This document shows, in pieces, positions 1 through 8,361 of a DNA stretch of 64,000 nucleotides. Origin of the DNA: Chlamydiota bacterium (lineage in GTDB: Bacteria; Chlamydiota; Chlamydiia; Chlamydiales; FEN-1388). The stretch's first letter is position 1. Every line of letters begins with the position of its first letter. The stretch is from positions 2,232 to 66,231 of the forward strand of contig JABDDE010000004.1 in the NCBI GenBank assembly GCA_013287775.1, in the 5' to 3' direction. Below the pieces are notes generated by a model that was not told where the DNA came from, searched no databases, and worked only from the letters and a program-made list of their open reading frames with translations. A program made the translations under genes and the position numbers.

Positions 1-1
1 C

Positions 2-797
2 CTTCAGAACCATCATGTTCATGATTTTTGCCATACTTGAATTGTATAAAGTTTTTATTTGGTTTTCGCTCCCAGAGCAAGTGCATGCGCTGTTCGAAGG
101 TGTGAACCTTATTGTATTTGCGTGCGCTACCATCGCTCAGAAATCCAAACCACCTGGCCTTACCGCCATCAAGGTCAGGCAGTGGCTCATGACTGAAGAG
201 GTGATAGCGAGTGTTTTTCATGTTAGTCCTGGCAGAGATCAAACCGGAACCGGCATTGGTAAAGCCATCGTGGATGACCTTTGGGTGCAGATAAAAGCCG
301 AGGGATTTGCATCCCTTTTTATTTTGAGCAACATACTGGACTACAGAGCCGCCATCTTCTTCGGCGATCATTTTCAGGTGGTGATCATCGGGCCCTGGGA
401 GTAGTCCCTGCACAAAGGAATTGTAGTTGGTGGCCATGGCAGCATAGCCCATCCAGTTGTTGAAGAAGCAGTCGCTATTGTAGTAGTGGCGAAGATGTAA
501 TGGAACAGGACCCGAGACGATGAGATCTGTAGACGTATGAAAAAAAGTCCCTGTGATGGCATTGACAGAGCCATTTACAAAAGAAGATGGTTCAGCTTCA
601 GCAATAGTGGATGGCTCTTGGGTAAGGTAGGGGTGGGTATCGGTTCTTACCGTAGATGGTGGTCCAAAGTATTCAATGTCAGAGAGCTCAGTCTCTTCGA
701 CAGGTGGTTTTGGGCGCTCTTCCTCTGACTCAGAAAAGATATATAAAGGAACGAGACAGCAAATCCATAGCACTAAAAGTTTCTGCAAACGACTCAT
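2..797 (-). CDS. Secreted Rhs/YD-repeat-family-like protein, N-terminal part (continues beyond window start)
   Basis: The minus-strand frame is open from the ATG at 797 to the window edge. It is absent from the ORF track because it is truncated. It has a signal peptide (MSRLQKLLVLWICCLVPLYIFS). The motif VNAITGTFFHTSTDLIVSGPVPLHLRHYYNS resembles the conserved N-proximal motif of RHS/YD proteins. Confidence 0.5.
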   Translation of the reverse strand, partial: MSRLQKLLVLWICCLVPLYIFSESEEERPKPPVEETELSDIEYFGPPSTVRTDTHPYLTQEPSTIAEAEPSSFVNGSVNAITGTFFHTSTDLIVSGPVPLHLRHYYNSDCFFNNWMGYAAMATNYNSFVQGLLPGPDDHHLKMIAEEDGGSVVQYVAQNKKGCKSLGFYLHPKVIHDGFTNAGSGLISARTNMKNTRYHLFSHEPLPDLDGGKARWFGFLSDGSARKYNKVHTFEQRMHLLWERKPNKNFIQFKYGKNHEHDGSE

Positions 798-867
798 GAA
801 AACCTCCAAAAATATAGGGGCCTCTTTTGTAAATCTTGAGGCGATTTTTTCGCAAGTGCAAAAATAA

Positions 868-1250
868 ACGAAAACGCATAACATATCATACTTCTAGTTG
901 ATATGGACGCCGACACGGTAGTGTCGGCAAGCTCCTTAGCCCCGCGTGAAACACGGCCGTAGCGCATGCGCTACGGCCTGACGGCAGCGTGGGGACAATT
1001 ATATCGATTAAGAAATAGAGCTGCGGTAGCAGCGGTACCCATTTGTGTTTGGCATACTAATGCACATACATTTCTGTATCGCTGCTACCGCAGCTCTATT
1101 TTTATTTATGCTCCATAACCCCACGTTTCGCCGGCCGTAGCGCGGAGCGCTACGGCCGTGCTCCACGCGGGGCTAATGAATTCCACCGCTGCCGCGGTGG
1201 GGTCCTGATTAGTTACAAGTTTCTTTAAGTTGACACCATTGCGTTCACGA
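868..1250. repeat. Composite GC-rich nested palindrome (P-family element)
   Basis: The arms AGCCCCGCGTG..GGCCGTAGCGCATGCGCTACGGCC..CGTGGGG (937-994) mirror 1119-1176. The central hairpin pairs AGAGCTGCGGTAGCAGCG (1017-1034) with CGCTGCTACCGCAGCTCT (1080-1097). Related copies lie at 24550-24660, 29496-29615, 32860-33140 and 39330-39850. Confidence 0.85.
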
Positions 1251-1383
1251 TCCAGTTTGCAAATTTTGGTCATAAATTCTATCGTTTTTAGGTATAATAT
1301 ATTGCGAAAAATACCTGCACTGTGGTATCGTCAATGGCAACGCCCTCACAAATGGTTCTACGTGAGGCATAAATATTCAAGGT

Positions 1384-1590
1384 ATGCATATGCAGAATAA
1401 TGAACTGCCCTCATATTGTAAGAAGGGCGTTGAAGATATAAAACGATATCTTCAACTCGCACACCTTAGATGCCTTGCACAAAAAATAGCAACGCATTCA
1501 ATTGATGAGAACCGGAACCCATTAGATATCGTCCTGTTAGCTGGCGACGAGAAAAAACCACATAACAAACCATTGAGCCGTGCAAATTAG
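1384..1590 (+). CDS. Hypothetical small protein (68 aa)
   Basis: ATG-initiated ORF directly downstream of the repeat element, with no recognisable motif. Confidence 0.25.
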   Translation: MHMQNNELPSYCKKGVEDIKRYLQLAHLRCLAQKIATHSIDENRNPLDIVLLAGDEKKPHNKPLSRAN

Positions 1591-1656
1591 CTATAGGAAT
1601 ATTAGCCCTCTCAGCAGTTTGACAACTGGTTCTAACAACTTGGGGAACGCAATGTA

Positions 1657-2343
1657 ATGTATAGAGAAACAGTTTTTACCTGCCACGAAGAAGATTACGC
1701 TACACTGAGCGAACAAGCTATGTTTTTTGCTTGTCGTTTTGCATTAATTGAGTCGAACCTTGTAAACAGCAACAAACCACACACCTTTTTTCAGTTATTA
1801 AAAAATTTTCTAGAAACTATTAACACTAAAGATCCTCATAAAGTGCATTATGACATTGCCAGGAATGCGTTGCACCTCCGAAATGATACAACTAAAAATA
1901 ATATTTATTGTATTGATATGTTGGCCAGAGAATTTGCAGTGTCCTGTCAATTGCTTGATGAACGATTAAAAATGCCAGCTATATACATAAAACTCTTGAA
2001 ATACAAACAAACGACATCAAAAAACTTTCGTGACCCCTATTTAACGGTTGTACAACTCCCACAGTCATGTGACGTATTTGAGGATCTATTTTTTACAGAA
2101 AATGGATTATCGATATGGGATGATGAATATTTACAACTACTCGAAAAAATCGGCCCTACAGGAATAGTACGAAGCACCGAACTCAGAGAGATATTTGCAA
2201 CTCACAAGAATAGATGGGATGCACTCTTTTGGATGCAACCACAAGATGCAGAGCGTGGTATTTCTTTTTTCCTCTCCCCTGCTTTTCTTGAATTGGCTAC
2301 CATATTATGGGAGGATAAGGTGAAAATGAAAATTGTATCGTGA
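1657..2343 (+). CDS. Hypothetical protein (228 aa)
   Basis: ATG ORF with no competing frame and no recognisable domain. Confidence 0.5.
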   Translation: MYRETVFTCHEEDYATLSEQAMFFACRFALIESNLVNSNKPHTFFQLLKNFLETINTKDPHKVHYDIARNALHLRNDTTKNNIYCIDMLAREFAVSCQLLDERLKMPAIYIKLLKYKQTTSKNFRDPYLTVVQLPQSCDVFEDLFFTENGLSIWDDEYLQLLEKIGPTGIVRSTELREIFATHKNRWDALFWMQPQDAERGISFFLSPAFLELATILWEDKVKMKIVS

Positions 2344-2424
2344 ACAATTGCAGTCGCATTGATTCCACACATGATAAATACTACTCCATGATATACTGTA
2401 ACCACCCTCTTGATACACAGCAAA

Positions 2425-3345
2425 ATGCTAACGAGAGGAGTACATGGAGAGTTATACAAAATGCCTCGTTACTCAGCAACACGCAAGCAATGTACTGCTC
2501 ATAGTGATAGCAGCGACGACCCTATTAGCGCAATTTTTCAATTATGTGCACCGCATCTTCCTCAAAAAACTCTTACACAATCAAGTGCTACGTTTGTGCA
2601 AGCAAGTACCGCACTCCATGAAGCCCATGAAAAAATAATAAAACAAATAGCAAGAGAGCCTTTTCTTGCTGCATTCATGGTATGGATTCAGGAAATAAAG
2701 CCACTCCACGTGCAGATAATCCCTAGTGTTAAATTGTTATTTGAAGAACGGTTTATCGATATCTTGTGCAAAAAAAAGGGAGTAGTAGTAACCATTGGTG
2801 ATGCACGTGATTTCGACCATAAAATCATTATTGAAGCAATACGCTGTAGGCGAGAATTACCTCTCTTGATACGAGAACAACTTGTTACGACCTATCTGTC
2901 ATTCATACAATGGCTGTCAGAAGAGACCTATGGGTATATCAGCAAACTTGGCGATCCCGACCTCATGAAAGTAAAAGATAAAGTGCTGCCTTATGGGCAT
3001 TTTATAACATTTCTTGATGCTTTGAAAGAGAAAGATCAAATTGTGGCAAAACTCCTGTATTACGGTGGTACACCTACCTTAGAGGAAGTATTGCATGTGC
3101 AGATTCAAGATGTCGATTTTGCAAAAAAAACAATTCGATTTCACGCACAAACAGTGTCATATCCTGCCCATGTATTTGCCGATATTCAAGCGATAATCAA
3201 TACCAGAACACATGGGAAAATATTTTTGAGCCGTCAGAATGCCTCTTTTAGTCCTTCTAGGATATTTCGCAATTTCAAAGAAGCAGCCAAGCAGGTAGGC
3301 TTTGCTGCTCCCTTTTCTCCCGCGGTGTTAACCTCCAGTCACTGA
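2425..3345 (+). CDS. Tyrosine-recombinase/integrase-like protein, degenerate and C-terminally truncated
   Basis: The track start at 2410 is TTG; the first ATGs are at 2425 and 2461. The C-terminal half resembles an integrase catalytic fold (KLLYYGGTPTLEEVLHVQIQDVDFAKKTIRF; GKIFLSRQNASFSPSRIFRNFKEAAKQVG; FSPAVLTSSH). The box I Arg and the box II H-x-x-R are substituted. The ORF stops before the catalytic Tyr region, exactly at the edge of a repeat element. Confidence 0.4.
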   Translation: MLTRGVHGELYKMPRYSATRKQCTAHSDSSDDPISAIFQLCAPHLPQKTLTQSSATFVQASTALHEAHEKIIKQIAREPFLAAFMVWIQEIKPLHVQIIPSVKLLFEERFIDILCKKKGVVVTIGDARDFDHKIIIEAIRCRRELPLLIREQLVTTYLSFIQWLSEETYGYISKLGDPDLMKVKDKVLPYGHFITFLDALKEKDQIVAKLLYYGGTPTLEEVLHVQIQDVDFAKKTIRFHAQTVSYPAHVFADIQAIINTRTHGKIFLSRQNASFSPSRIFRNFKEAAKQVGFAAPFSPAVLTSSH

Positions 3346-3550
3346 ATTAACGCGATGTGCGACTTTTGCAATTGTTGCCCTTCAGGCAACATGTGGATGG
3401 TGATTGTTTAACCCAGGGCGTTGCCCTGGGCTGTTGCAATTGTTGCCCTTCAGGCAACATGTGGGACATCTTTTCGTTATTTGCAAACCTCGTGCAGTCA
3501 CTGCATGGCTACCAATGGGCGCAAAATCCAACTGGATTTTGCGCCCATAG
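3345..3550. repeat. T-family repeat (two TTGCAATTGTTGCCCTTCAGGCAACATGTGG units plus a GCGCAAAATCCAACTGGATTTTGCGC hairpin)
   Basis: The units are at 3366-3396 and 3433-3465. The CCCAGGGC/GCCCTGGG hairpin is at 3411-3432. The same module occurs in reverse orientation at 8163-8318 and in direct orientation at 32575-32700. Confidence 0.8.
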
Positions 3551-3558
3551 CACAAGAC

Positions 3559-4146
3559 ATGAGGATAGTGTTTATGAATGGTATTTGGAATGACTTTAAA
3601 TCAGCGAGAGAGAGTGCCTTCTATCTTTCAAATCTCGCCGGAGGGTATAATATTCATGGGGTGCATAATGCAACCCATGGAAAAATAGCTGATCTTCGCG
3701 AGTGTGGGTTAGGATTGCAGCATAGGGCCACAGACCCTGTCCGGCAACTGCACAAGATGTGGGATAATTTTTTTGAAAATAGTTCACCTAATGCCAAACT
3801 CTTGATGATCTGTCATAGCCAAGGTGCTATTCATACACGTAATGCGCTTTTGACCTACCCGCCACACTTGCGTGAGCGTATTTTCGTGCTTGCAGTAGCG
3901 CCTGGGGCGTATATCCACAAAGAGACTTGTGGTGGCGTGATTCATTACCGTACCAAAAAATGGTATCGAGATATTGTGCCTCGTTTTGATAGGCGTGGGG
4001 CGAAAAGAGAAAGGGATACTATTGTAGGTCTTGACTCTCATCCTGATGCTGCATTTTTTGATCATGAATTTCAGAGCCCTACGTATCAAAGACACATACG
4101 AAAACATTTGTTAAATTATATTATCAATCAAGGACAATCATTATGA
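3559..4146 (+). CDS. Alpha/beta-hydrolase (lipase/esterase-like) protein
   Basis: The start is re-set to the ATG at 3559, because the track's TTG start at 3421 lies inside repeat DNA. It has the N-terminal strand MRIVFMNGIWND and the nucleophile elbow LMICHSQGA (G/C-H-S-x-G). Confidence 0.55.
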   Translation: MRIVFMNGIWNDFKSARESAFYLSNLAGGYNIHGVHNATHGKIADLRECGLGLQHRATDPVRQLHKMWDNFFENSSPNAKLLMICHSQGAIHTRNALLTYPPHLRERIFVLAVAPGAYIHKETCGGVIHYRTKKWYRDIVPRFDRRGAKRERDTIVGLDSHPDAAFFDHEFQSPTYQRHIRKHLLNYIINQGQSL

Positions 4147-4697
4147 AGTCTATATTCGTTATTACAGGATTTTTATTATCTAGCATTATAGGATTTATTA
4201 TGCCGAACACATGTGATGATCCTCAAATTTCTAGAGGGGAACAACTTGTTAATGAAATATTGAATACCACTGCAAGAATTATCAAAAAAAAATACGATAT
4301 CACACCCTGTGGAGAAGGCGCATCAATGCCTGGAGGACCAATAAGAAAGCTAACATTATGCTTCGATACTAAGAAACCATATACCAAAGAAGAATTGAGG
4401 AAGTTATTAGTAAAATGTGCTAACGAACTATTAGATCAGGTCAATACAAACACAGAAATACAAACGTATTTATACGAAAAACCATTCACTATACGGAATA
4501 TTCAAATAATTATTTACAATTTAGATGTAAATGGGCGAGAGGTATGCGATCCTGATATTTCGGTTGGCGAAATATCAAGGGATGAGTTAATGTACCAATC
4601 TGTTGACCCTGCTAATACCTTTAGATATAAAAGTCAGTATCGAGAAACCTATGAAGAGGCATTGCAGGTAATTCAAATGGATAGTAAGGGATCATGA
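4143..4697 (+). CDS. Hypothetical membrane-anchored/secreted protein coupled to the hydrolase gene
   Basis: ATGA start/stop overlap with the upstream CDS. The N-terminus is hydrophobic (MKSIFVITGFLLSSIIGFIM). Confidence 0.5.
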   Translation: MKSIFVITGFLLSSIIGFIMPNTCDDPQISRGEQLVNEILNTTARIIKKKYDITPCGEGASMPGGPIRKLTLCFDTKKPYTKEELRKLLVKCANELLDQVNTNTEIQTYLYEKPFTIRNIQIIIYNLDVNGREVCDPDISVGEISRDELMYQSVDPANTFRYKSQYRETYEEALQVIQMDSKGS

Positions 4698-4703
4698 TCT
4701 TAT

Positions 4704-4741
4704 GTCATGTGCAATTTTCCTTCAGGAAAATTGCACATGAC
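4704..4741. repeat. H-family hairpin repeat
   Basis: GTCATGTGCAATTTTCC-TTCA-GGAAAATTGCACATGAC, a perfect 17-bp stem lying between convergent genes. Confidence 0.85.
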
Positions 4742-4746
4742 GTAAA

Positions 4747-5577
4747 TTAGGCCTTATCCAGCGCTACCTGAGCCTTTCCTGCAAGCACTGCTTCAATCAT
4801 ACTCTTTTCAAGAAGGTCAGGTGTATGAAGCGTGATAGTACTGTAGCAAGGATCTTCCCACAACCGTATTCGCCGCCCTCCGAGGTACACATATGGGGGT
4901 ATCGAGACCACTGCCTCACTTGCAAGTGTGAGCCCCGCAATGCTCGCTGCTTTGACCACAAATGTGGTACACTGGTTTTCTGTAAAACTGTACTGCGTAA
5001 ATGGATACTGAGGCACTGTCATCCAATTATATAAAGTTAAAAATTTTTCTTTTGTAATTGCTATGGAGATCGCATAGGTCGGTTTATGGCCCCCGCTCCC
5101 AGATTCAAAATAGCCATCTGAGCGGGTGGTAAAGAGAATACGTACGGGGTTGGGCTCAGATTGATTGAGAAGAATACTATCAAGATAGCGCGGCTCAGAT
5201 ATCGCACGCTCTCCAGAGTGCCCTCCCTCTAGGCGCATGCGTTTGCCATCAATAACACCGCTCAGCACAAGCCAAGCATGGCCTACATCTCGCCGCCGAC
5301 TGCCATTTGGATGTTTGGCTATGGTACTCAGGAGGCGATCCCCATTTGAATAATCGAGGTGCTTTGCATCCACAAGCAGGGTAAGGGAATACTCATTCTC
5401 TGGAATAGATGCTTGCTGCTTGAGTGTCGCATCCCTTGCTTCAAGATGTGCATACTGGGTGCGATAATGATCTTGCACACAGCATGGGTGACAACCAGTG
5501 AGCAAACATAAGATACTAAAGATTAAAGCCGCCCGCGACTTCGATATTTTGTCCTGTAATATAACTAGTATTCTCAT
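4747..5577 (-). CDS. Putative lipoprotein with a His...N-x-C-T motif
   Basis: The start is re-set to the ATG at 5577 (the track's 5595 start is TTG). Lipobox-like ILCLLTGC. Motifs GHAWLVL and YSFTENQCTTFVVKAASIAGL are present. Confidence 0.5.
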   Translation of the reverse strand: MRILVILQDKISKSRAALIFSILCLLTGCHPCCVQDHYRTQYAHLEARDATLKQQASIPENEYSLTLLVDAKHLDYSNGDRLLSTIAKHPNGSRRRDVGHAWLVLSGVIDGKRMRLEGGHSGERAISEPRYLDSILLNQSEPNPVRILFTTRSDGYFESGSGGHKPTYAISIAITKEKFLTLYNWMTVPQYPFTQYSFTENQCTTFVVKAASIAGLTLASEAVVSIPPYVYLGGRRIRLWEDPCYSTITLHTPDLLEKSMIEAVLAGKAQVALDKA

Positions 5578-6229
5578 CGAGTAAAAAAGAAACAACGCGA
5601 GCGACCTCTTCAGGCGTTCCAGGCCTCTTCATAGGCAAACGAGAACAATCTTGAGGCAAGTTGATAGAATTTGTAAGCTGCCCAGGTGAAACCATGTTCA
5701 CACGCACGCAGAAGGGGGCAAACTCTTTTGCAAGAGATTTTGTCAAACTCCATAATGCCATCTTGGTCATGGTATATACGGGGGCGCTCTCATTTGCTCG
5801 AAAGCTGTGCAGTCCAGATGTCCCAATGTTAATAATACTTCCTTGATGCGCTTTTATTGACGAAGAGAGCGCTTGAATCAGCATAAATGGAGCATGTACA
5901 TTGGTGTGAAAGAGCTCTAGAGCAATCTCAGGATCAGTTTCTAGTGCTTTGACAATAGGAAAATTGCCCACATTATTAATGAGATTTTTTGTGTCACCAA
6001 ATTGAGATAGGTAGCGCTGCATCATCTCCTTAGTCGAGGCGGGTGTCGAAAAACTGCCCTGAACTATCTCGGCCTGAACACCATATCCCCTACACTCGGA
6101 GGCAACATCGAGCGCCTGTTCTTTACTGGTATTATAGTGTACTACAATCGAATAGCCTGCTCGAGCAAGGATGCAGCATATGCTGCGGCCTACTCCTTTA
6201 GCTCCTCCTGTTACTAGTGTCCATGTCAT
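5516..6229 (-). CDS. Short-chain dehydrogenase/reductase, possibly a pteridine (FolM-like) reductase
   Basis: TGGAKGVGRS Rossmann motif, YTMTKMA (Y-x-x-x-K), and the C-terminal ITGQNIEVAGG. It overlaps folB and lies directly downstream of it. Confidence 0.8.
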   Translation of the reverse strand: MTWTLVTGGAKGVGRSICCILARAGYSIVVHYNTSKEQALDVASECRGYGVQAEIVQGSFSTPASTKEMMQRYLSQFGDTKNLINNVGNFPIVKALETDPEIALELFHTNVHAPFMLIQALSSSIKAHQGSIINIGTSGLHSFRANESAPVYTMTKMALWSLTKSLAKEFAPFCVRVNMVSPGQLTNSINLPQDCSRLPMKRPGTPEEVARVVSFLLDENTSYITGQNIEVAGGFNL

Positions 6230-6569
6230 ACGAGTACTCTACAAATGCACAAGCCGCCTGCGGCAGAGCCTGGGGCTTCTCTATTCGAATCCATACATTT
6301 TGCACAGCGGGGAAGGTGCGACAGATAGCTTCTCCTATATGCCGTGCAAGTGTTTCAAGCAAAAAAAATGCTCCCTGAACTGCAACATCTTGAATAAGGC
6401 GAGCAACCAGCGCATAGTCAACCGTGGACTGCACATCGTCACCGCATTTTTCTAGGCGGATATGCATCTGCACATCGATGAACAGCGGCTGCGGCTGCTG
6501 CCGTTCCTCCGGATAACATCCTATGATACATTGGATGCTGAGTTTTGTGATACCTATAACTATATCCAT
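6198..6569 (-). CDS. folB: Dihydroneopterin aldolase
   Basis: MDIVIGITKLSIQCIIGCYPEERQQPQPLFIDVQM...VDYALVARLI..IRIEKPQA aligns by eye with E. coli FolB. Confidence 0.75.
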   Translation of the reverse strand: MDIVIGITKLSIQCIIGCYPEERQQPQPLFIDVQMHIRLEKCGDDVQSTVDYALVARLIQDVAVQGAFFLLETLARHIGEAICRTFPAVQNVWIRIEKPQALPQAACAFVEYSYDMDTSNRRS

Positions 6570-7459
6570 TTATCTGGGGGATGCCAAGTTACATCTATTG
6601 TCTCTTGTGTAGGGTTGAGGACAGGCGACAAAAATCTAACAAGAAATGCCACAACTTCTTGTAAGGATAATGCATTATGTTGAATTCGATGCTTCTGAAG
6701 AAAAGAATTCCACTGAGAAATTTTTAAAGGATCTGTAACAAAAACTTCAGAAAAACATTCAGGAAACGCACTCAATGGTGTGCCTCTTTGATCGAATGTT
6801 GCTTTAATAGAATGAGCCAACTGGTTACTTTTAAAAGAGAACTGATGCGCAAGAGTCCAGATATCAAAAAAATCTTTCATTCTGCTATTGAGCAAGCCTC
6901 TTTTAATCATAGCTTCCAATTTTTCCGCAATAACACTTTCCCGGGTATATGCTTGCAATGTTGGTGGAGGATAATCTAACAGAGTTGGATAGGGTAATAT
7001 TTGTGGTGCTGGTGAGATTATATCGCCAAAACCAATATCAATTTGCATATGTACGATCGCTTTATTCAAATCTCCTTCAAATTCAATTCGCACTCCCTCA
7101 TATTCGGCTTCTGTTTGAATGATTGAGCCTTTCACTGTATTGGCATAGAAACTTATGCCATCCTGACAATCATTTTGTTGACAAATTTCAGAGAAGATAT
7201 TTTCTAGGTTTTTTACTGAATTTTCAGTTTTGCCAAGAAGATCAATGTCCATTGTAGGTCGTGGGCTAGAAGTATGCCACGCCCTGAACATCAAAGCACC
7301 CTTCAAAAAAAACCTATTAGCATAAGGTGATATGGAAAGCCGATACAATAACCGCTCCATGGCATAATACTGGAGTATTTCAAGAAACGGTCTTTTTAAG
7401 ACCTTTGACTTATTGAGTAAACGATCTCGTACTGAAGCTGGTATATCACGACGACTCAT
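6560..7459 (-). CDS. AbiEii/AbiGii-family nucleotidyltransferase toxin (type IV TA / abortive infection)
   Basis: The N-terminus ..ILQYYAMERLLYRLSISPYANRFFLKGALMFRAW...PTMDIDLLG is typical of DUF1814/AbiEii. Confidence 0.8.
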   Translation of the reverse strand: MSRRDIPASVRDRLLNKSKVLKRPFLEILQYYAMERLLYRLSISPYANRFFLKGALMFRAWHTSSPRPTMDIDLLGKTENSVKNLENIFSEICQQNDCQDGISFYANTVKGSIIQTEAEYEGVRIEFEGDLNKAIVHMQIDIGFGDIISPAPQILPYPTLLDYPPPTLQAYTRESVIAEKLEAMIKRGLLNSRMKDFFDIWTLAHQFSFKSNQLAHSIKATFDQRGTPLSAFPECFSEVFVTDPLKISQWNSFLQKHRIQHNALSLQEVVAFLVRFLSPVLNPTQETIDVTWHPPDKWI

Positions 7460-8075
7460 TGATTACAGTCTCAATATAGGGTTTGATAACTTTTTCCATT
7501 CGCCCAATTTTGGCATGCTTAAGTATCATATCAAGCTTCGGATGACCTTGCAACCAATATTTCTTAAGAGCTTCAATAGCTACGTCAATGCCAATCTTAT
7601 GGCGGTATCGAAAACAATCTACCAACGTCTTTTCTTTAGAATAGCATTTTACCTGCACACCATCGAGTTCATAACTTTCAATGCCATCTTCATGAATACT
7701 TGCCGTAAACCAGAAAAATGTAACCGGAGGATAGGTAATTTTTGGCGGTTTATATCCTTGCTTTACTGCAAGGTACACAAAATGAGGAATCTGCGTGGTA
7801 AGCCCATGAAAGTAAAGAGCAGATATTAAGCAAATAACTCCAGATGGTACTTTTTTTGCTACTGTAACTAGATCAGGATTTGCATGCCCTGGCAGATTCG
7901 GGAGACAAAAAAGGCCACGCTCAAGTTGTTCAATTTTCCCCTCTCCCTTCAAGCGATATAGAGTACGGGGGTGAATGCCAAATTTAATTGCATCACTTGA
8001 GCGAAGAATACCGCCATGTGCTTGAAACACTTCGACCGCTCTTCGTTCTATAGTTGGATCTTTCTGACGAGCCAT
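7446..8075 (-). CDS. AbiEi-family antitoxin/transcriptional regulator
   Basis: LRSSDAIKFGIHPRTLYRLKGEGKIEQLERGLFCL (a winged-helix AbiEi_4-like N-terminus). It overlaps the toxin gene by 14 nt. Confidence 0.75.
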   Translation of the reverse strand: MARQKDPTIERRAVEVFQAHGGILRSSDAIKFGIHPRTLYRLKGEGKIEQLERGLFCLPNLPGHANPDLVTVAKKVPSGVICLISALYFHGLTTQIPHFVYLAVKQGYKPPKITYPPVTFFWFTASIHEDGIESYELDGVQVKCYSKEKTLVDCFRYRHKIGIDVAIEALKKYWLQGHPKLDMILKHAKIGRMEKVIKPYIETVINESS

Positions 8076-8162
8076 ACAAATTCTGGATAAATTTCACTAT
8101 ACTTATATACTTATATAGTATTTTCTATCCAGAATTAAGTCAAGACCTTATCTTCTCTTACG

Positions 8163-8318
8163 AGCGCAAAATCCAGTTGGGTTTGCCGCTCATTGGTAGT
8201 CATACAGTGACTGAACGAGATTTGTAAACAACGAGAAGATGCTCCACATGTTGCCTAAAGGGCAACATTGCTAACCCCCCATGGCAACGCCCTGGGTCTT
8301 GTTGCAATCCTCGCAGGC
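8163..8318. repeat. T-family repeat, reverse orientation
   Basis: This is the reverse complement of 3411-3550 by eye: the GCGCAAAATCCAGTTGG hairpin arm, CCACATGTTGCCTAAAGGGCAACA, and GGCAACGCCCTGGG. Confidence 0.8.
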
Positions 8319-8361
8319 AGAATTTTTTGTGTTCACATCCTCATAATTGGCCGAAGGCCAT

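Noticed and set aside
15-867. Plus-strand ORFs 15-404, 281-463, 537-728 and 676-867, and minus-strand ORF 374-574.
   Set aside because: They overlap a single uninterrupted minus-strand frame (2-797) that has a convincing signal peptide and an Rhs-like motif. I treat them as shadow ORFs.
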